Part shown: piece after piece, positions 61,299 to 64,000 of the stretch
How the letters are laid out: each line of letters opens with the position of its first letter
Numbering within the stretch: position 1 is the first letter of the stretch
DNA from: an uncultured Planctomycetota bacterium
Lineage (GTDB): Bacteria; Planctomycetota; Planctomycetia; Isosphaerales; Isosphaeraceae
NCBI GenBank assembly: GCA_963737655.1
Contig: CAVTTN010000002.1
Coordinates: forward strand, 5,760,001-5,824,000
Reading direction: 5' to 3'
DNA: 64,000 nucleotides
Translations under genes and position numbers: made by a program
Notes under the pieces: model-generated
Databases searched by the model: none
The model's input: only the letters and a program-made list of their open reading frames with translations
What the model was told of the DNA's origin: nothing

Positions 61299-61639
61299 GG
61301 GTCCAGCTCTCGAACCTGGAATGTCTCGGGTGCCCCCGGTTCTCGAACCGGGACGGCGCAGCCGCAAGAGGCCAATCCGAAGCCGCTCACCATGCCTCTT
61401 GCGGCTGCGCCGCCCCGGTTCAAGAACCGGGGGCACCCCGATAACTCCACGGAGGAGCCATGGTCTCGCTCCGGAATCTGGACCTTCCCGGGTGCCTCCG
61501 TTTTTGAACCGGGGCGGCGCAGCCGCAAGAGGCCATTCCAAAGCCGCTCACCCTGCCTCTTGCGGCTGCGCCGCCCCGGTTCAAGAACCGGAGGCACCCT
61601 TGGGAAGATCCAGGTTCGAGAGCGACACCCGCTGGACCC
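61299..61639. mobile_element. MITE-like non-autonomous element carrying two ~110-nt hairpins
   Basis: Direct repeat AATCTTGCG at 61290-61298 and 61640-61648; terminal IR GGGTCCAGC/GCTGGACCC; subterminal 15-bp IR 61306-61320 / 61609-61623; hairpin units 61328-61438 and 61490-61599. Confidence 0.72.
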
Positions 61640-61736
61640 AATCTTGCGGCTTGAGGGGTTTCGCGGTGGCCTGGCGGTGGCTTGCCGGGGATAATGGTCG
61701 GCGCGCCGATGCCCTTCCTCTGGAGGATCTCCGACG

Positions 61737-62240
61737 ATGACCGCTCGCCTGATGCCCGTGATGGGCCTTGCCCTGATGGTCCTCGTCGCCGGCTGCGACG
61801 AGCCCAAGAAGAAGTCCGCCAAGGCCCCGGTCAAGTCTCGAGAGACCATCGGCAAGACCACTCAGAATGTCCTGAAGCTCGACGACGAGCTCAAGAACGG
61901 CGCCGTCCTGGCCTCCACCACCATCGCGGCGACCGACCCCCTCACGCAGTCGGCCGACGCCTACAAGACCACCGTCGGCAAGATCGGCGCGATGGCCGTC
62001 GAGCAGGCGATCCAGATCCGCAACGCCCAGTCGATCCAGGACCCCAAGCCGCTGTCCTATGACGAGTTCATGGCCGAGATCATCAAGAAGGGCCAGAACG
62101 ACGGGATCAACCTCGCCATGCTGCCCTACTACCAGGAATACGCCTGGGACGAGGCCACGCAGAAGCTCGTGGTGATCGAATATCCCAAGAAGAAGAAGGA
62201 CTTCCAGGACCAGCAGGACGAGAAGCTCGGCCGGAAGTGA
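61737..62240 (+). CDS. Hypothetical lipoprotein
   Basis: Lipobox VAGC; LAMLPYYQEYAWDE. Confidence 0.8.
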   Translation: MTARLMPVMGLALMVLVAGCDEPKKKSAKAPVKSRETIGKTTQNVLKLDDELKNGAVLASTTIAATDPLTQSADAYKTTVGKIGAMAVEQAIQIRNAQSIQDPKPLSYDEFMAEIIKKGQNDGINLAMLPYYQEYAWDEATQKLVVIEYPKKKKDFQDQQDEKLGRK

Positions 62241-63015
62241 CCGCCTCGTCGCTCGGGCCGGAGATGGAACCGCCAAGCCGCCAGGAGCGCCAAGGGGGGA
62301 AGAGGAGAGGGGACGAGAGGAGGATCTCCAGAACTCTCTTCCTTTCCCCTCCTCCCCCCCTGGCGCTCCTGGCGGCTTGGCGGTTCCATCTCACCGCATC
62401 CGATTGTTCGCGCATCCCCCCGAGGTCGATCTGCCCCGGGCTGATCCTGGTGATCTTCCAGACTTTCGGCTCGACCTCCTTCAGCCCGAACGACCAGCCC
62501 ATCCCGCTCGGCGGGGTGGCGAAGGGCTGGAACGGCTGGAGCTTCTGGCCCATCGTGTGAGCCAGGAATTCGGCCGTGGCGACCCGGGAGATCGGCCGGA
62601 CCTCGGCCTTCAGCCGGGTGATCCTCAGGTAGTCGAACTTGAAGTCGCGGAGGTTCTCCTTCAGCCACTCGGCCATCCTGTCGCCGCGAAGCTGCCCGGT
62701 CACGATCGAGATCATCCGGTTGGTGGACTCGCTGCCGACTTCCAGGGTGCAGCTCGGGTCGAGATAGGCCGCCGCCGCGTCGCCGTCGGACTCCGCCACG
62801 GCCTTGGCCAGCCCGTACACCACGTCCTCGACCCGCTCGTTGTCCGTGACCCAGACGTATTCGATCCCCACCACCAGCAACGCCAGGCCCAGGGCGATCC
62901 CGGCGCGGATCAGGTACTTCCCCTGCTGGGTGATCTTCAAGGCCACGAGGAACACCAGCCCCAGCGCCGCCAGGCCGCCGGCCAGGTACGTGGGATCTTC
63001 CGAGAGGTACTCCAT
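62107..63015 (-). CDS. Hypothetical 2-TM protein with NTF2-like C-terminal domain (true end probably ~62390)
   Basis: MEYLSEDP, 2 TM, WVTDNERVE...WKITRI; the ORF then reads through the repeat into the convergent gene, which is suspect. Confidence 0.7.
   Translation of the reverse strand: MEYLSEDPTYLAGGLAALGLVFLVALKITQQGKYLIRAGIALGLALLVVGIEYVWVTDNERVEDVVYGLAKAVAESDGDAAAAYLDPSCTLEVGSESTNRMISIVTGQLRGDRMAEWLKENLRDFKFDYLRITRLKAEVRPISRVATAEFLAHTMGQKLQPFQPFATPPSGMGWSFGLKEVEPKVWKITRISPGQIDLGGMREQSDAVRWNRQAARSARGGGGERKRVLEILLSSPLLFPPWRSWRLGGSISGPSDEAVTSGRASRPAGPGSPSSSWDIRSPRASAWPRPRRIPGSRAAWRG
62261..62392. repeat. Inverted repeat element, AACCGCCAAGCCGCCAAG family
   Basis: Perfect 32-bp inverted repeat, 62261-62292 / 62361-62392. 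Confidence 0.88.
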
Positions 63016-63245
63016 GACGGACGGCTCCTCGGGGCGAGAGGTGGGATGGGCGACGGCCTCGGACAGATGTGATACACCCATTCTAGGGCCGCCCCGGGCG
63101 TCGGCAAGGGGCCCGATCTCCCTCGATCGGTCGGTCGGGCGTGGCTAGGATGGAGGCCGGGCCCGATCCTCGACCCTTGCCCATTGGAATTCCGGCTCCC
63201 GCCCGGTAATCCTCTCACGACGCGGCCGAATCCGGAGCGCGAATC

Positions 63246-63527
63246 ATGGCCACGACGACCGAAATCCCCGCCAACCCGGTCTCGATCCTCGGCCGGGTGA
63301 TCTCTCCCGAAGGGGAGCCCCTGCCCCGGGCCGCCGCCGAGGCGATCCTGACCTGGACCTTCGGCGAAAACGACCGCAAGAGGATGAACGAGCTGGGGGC
63401 GAAGGCCCGGGAGGGGACGCTGTCCCCGGCCGAGGAGGCGGAGCTGGACGGCTACCTGACCGTCGGCCACCTCCTCACCATGCTCCACTCCCGGGCCCGT
63501 CGAGCCTTGAATGCCGCCCATGACTGA
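63246..63527 (+). CDS. Small helical protein, putative antitoxin-like partner of the HNH gene
   Basis: RMNELGAKAREGTLSPAEEAELDGY...LHSRAR. Confidence 0.75.
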   Translation: MATTTEIPANPVSILGRVISPEGEPLPRAAAEAILTWTFGENDRKRMNELGAKAREGTLSPAEEAELDGYLTVGHLLTMLHSRARRALNAAHD

Positions 63528-63935
63528 ACGGGGCCGAGGATCAGCGATCGCAACGACGCGGTCCGACGGCGGGCCCGGGGCCGATGCGAATACTGCCGGA
63601 TGCCCGAGGCGCTGGTCCCGTTCGGTTTCGAGATCGACCACGTCATCGCGAGCAAGCATGGCGGCGAGACGGCCCTGAAGAACCTCGCGCTCGCCTGCCC
63701 GTCCTGCAATCGTTACAAGGGCCCGAACATCGCGGGGATCGACCCCGTCTCGGGCCGGACGGTCCGGCTCTTCCACCCCCGCCGCGATCGCTGGACGAAG
63801 CACTTCGAATGGGACGGGCCAAGGCTGATGAGCCTCACCCGGATCGGGAGGGCGACGGTGGAGACCCTCCGGATCAATCATCCGATCTCCGTCGCCACGA
63901 GAGAGGATCTGCTCGCCGAAGGCGTCTTCCCCTGA
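63520..63935 (+). CDS. HNH endonuclease (start uncertain; probable frameshift ~63540)
   Basis: VRRRARGRCEYC...EIDHVIASKHGG...NLALACPSCNRYKG...LFHPR...W..HF. Confidence 0.88.
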
Positions 63936-64000
63936 CCGGGACGTCCCGCGGTCGCGATCGCCCAGAGGCACCTCAACGCGATCAGCCCGGCCGCGAGGAT

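Noticed and set aside
61328..61599. Possible CRISPR array or structured ncRNA
   Set aside because: Only two ~110-nt units with near-identical loops, no unique spacers and no cas genes. Perfect long hairpins fit a repeat element better.

Overview
Very GC-rich (roughly 70% by eye) chromosomal window from a planctomycete, most likely Isosphaeraceae. The assignment rests on an 'ESLEAREVLS' signal motif, a 'PLYFQDAVLERYG' domain, ECF sigma factors, Ser/Thr kinases with TPR or beta-helix domains and a PEP-CTERM protein. It carries a dispersed replication locus (short DnaA paralogue, gyrA, dnaN, dciA/DUF721, gyrB) and housekeeping genes (phoU, rsmA, riboflavin synthase, nnrE, kptA). It also carries envelope glycosylation genes, four toxin-antitoxin-like pairs, and an XisI + ABC/AAA ATPase + TOPRIM-like (DUF4276) cassette next to a SWIM-SNF2 helicase. 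Intergenic DNA is dense with palindromic repeats from at least five families. One 341-bp MITE-like element has terminal inverted repeats and a 9-bp target-site duplication. About 18 single-base frameshifts, mostly in G/C runs and including gyrA and gyrB, point to unpolished long-read sequence, so broken genes are treated as probably intact. No rRNA, tRNA, CRISPR array or autonomous transposase was seen. All product calls come from motif recognition by eye, not database searches.
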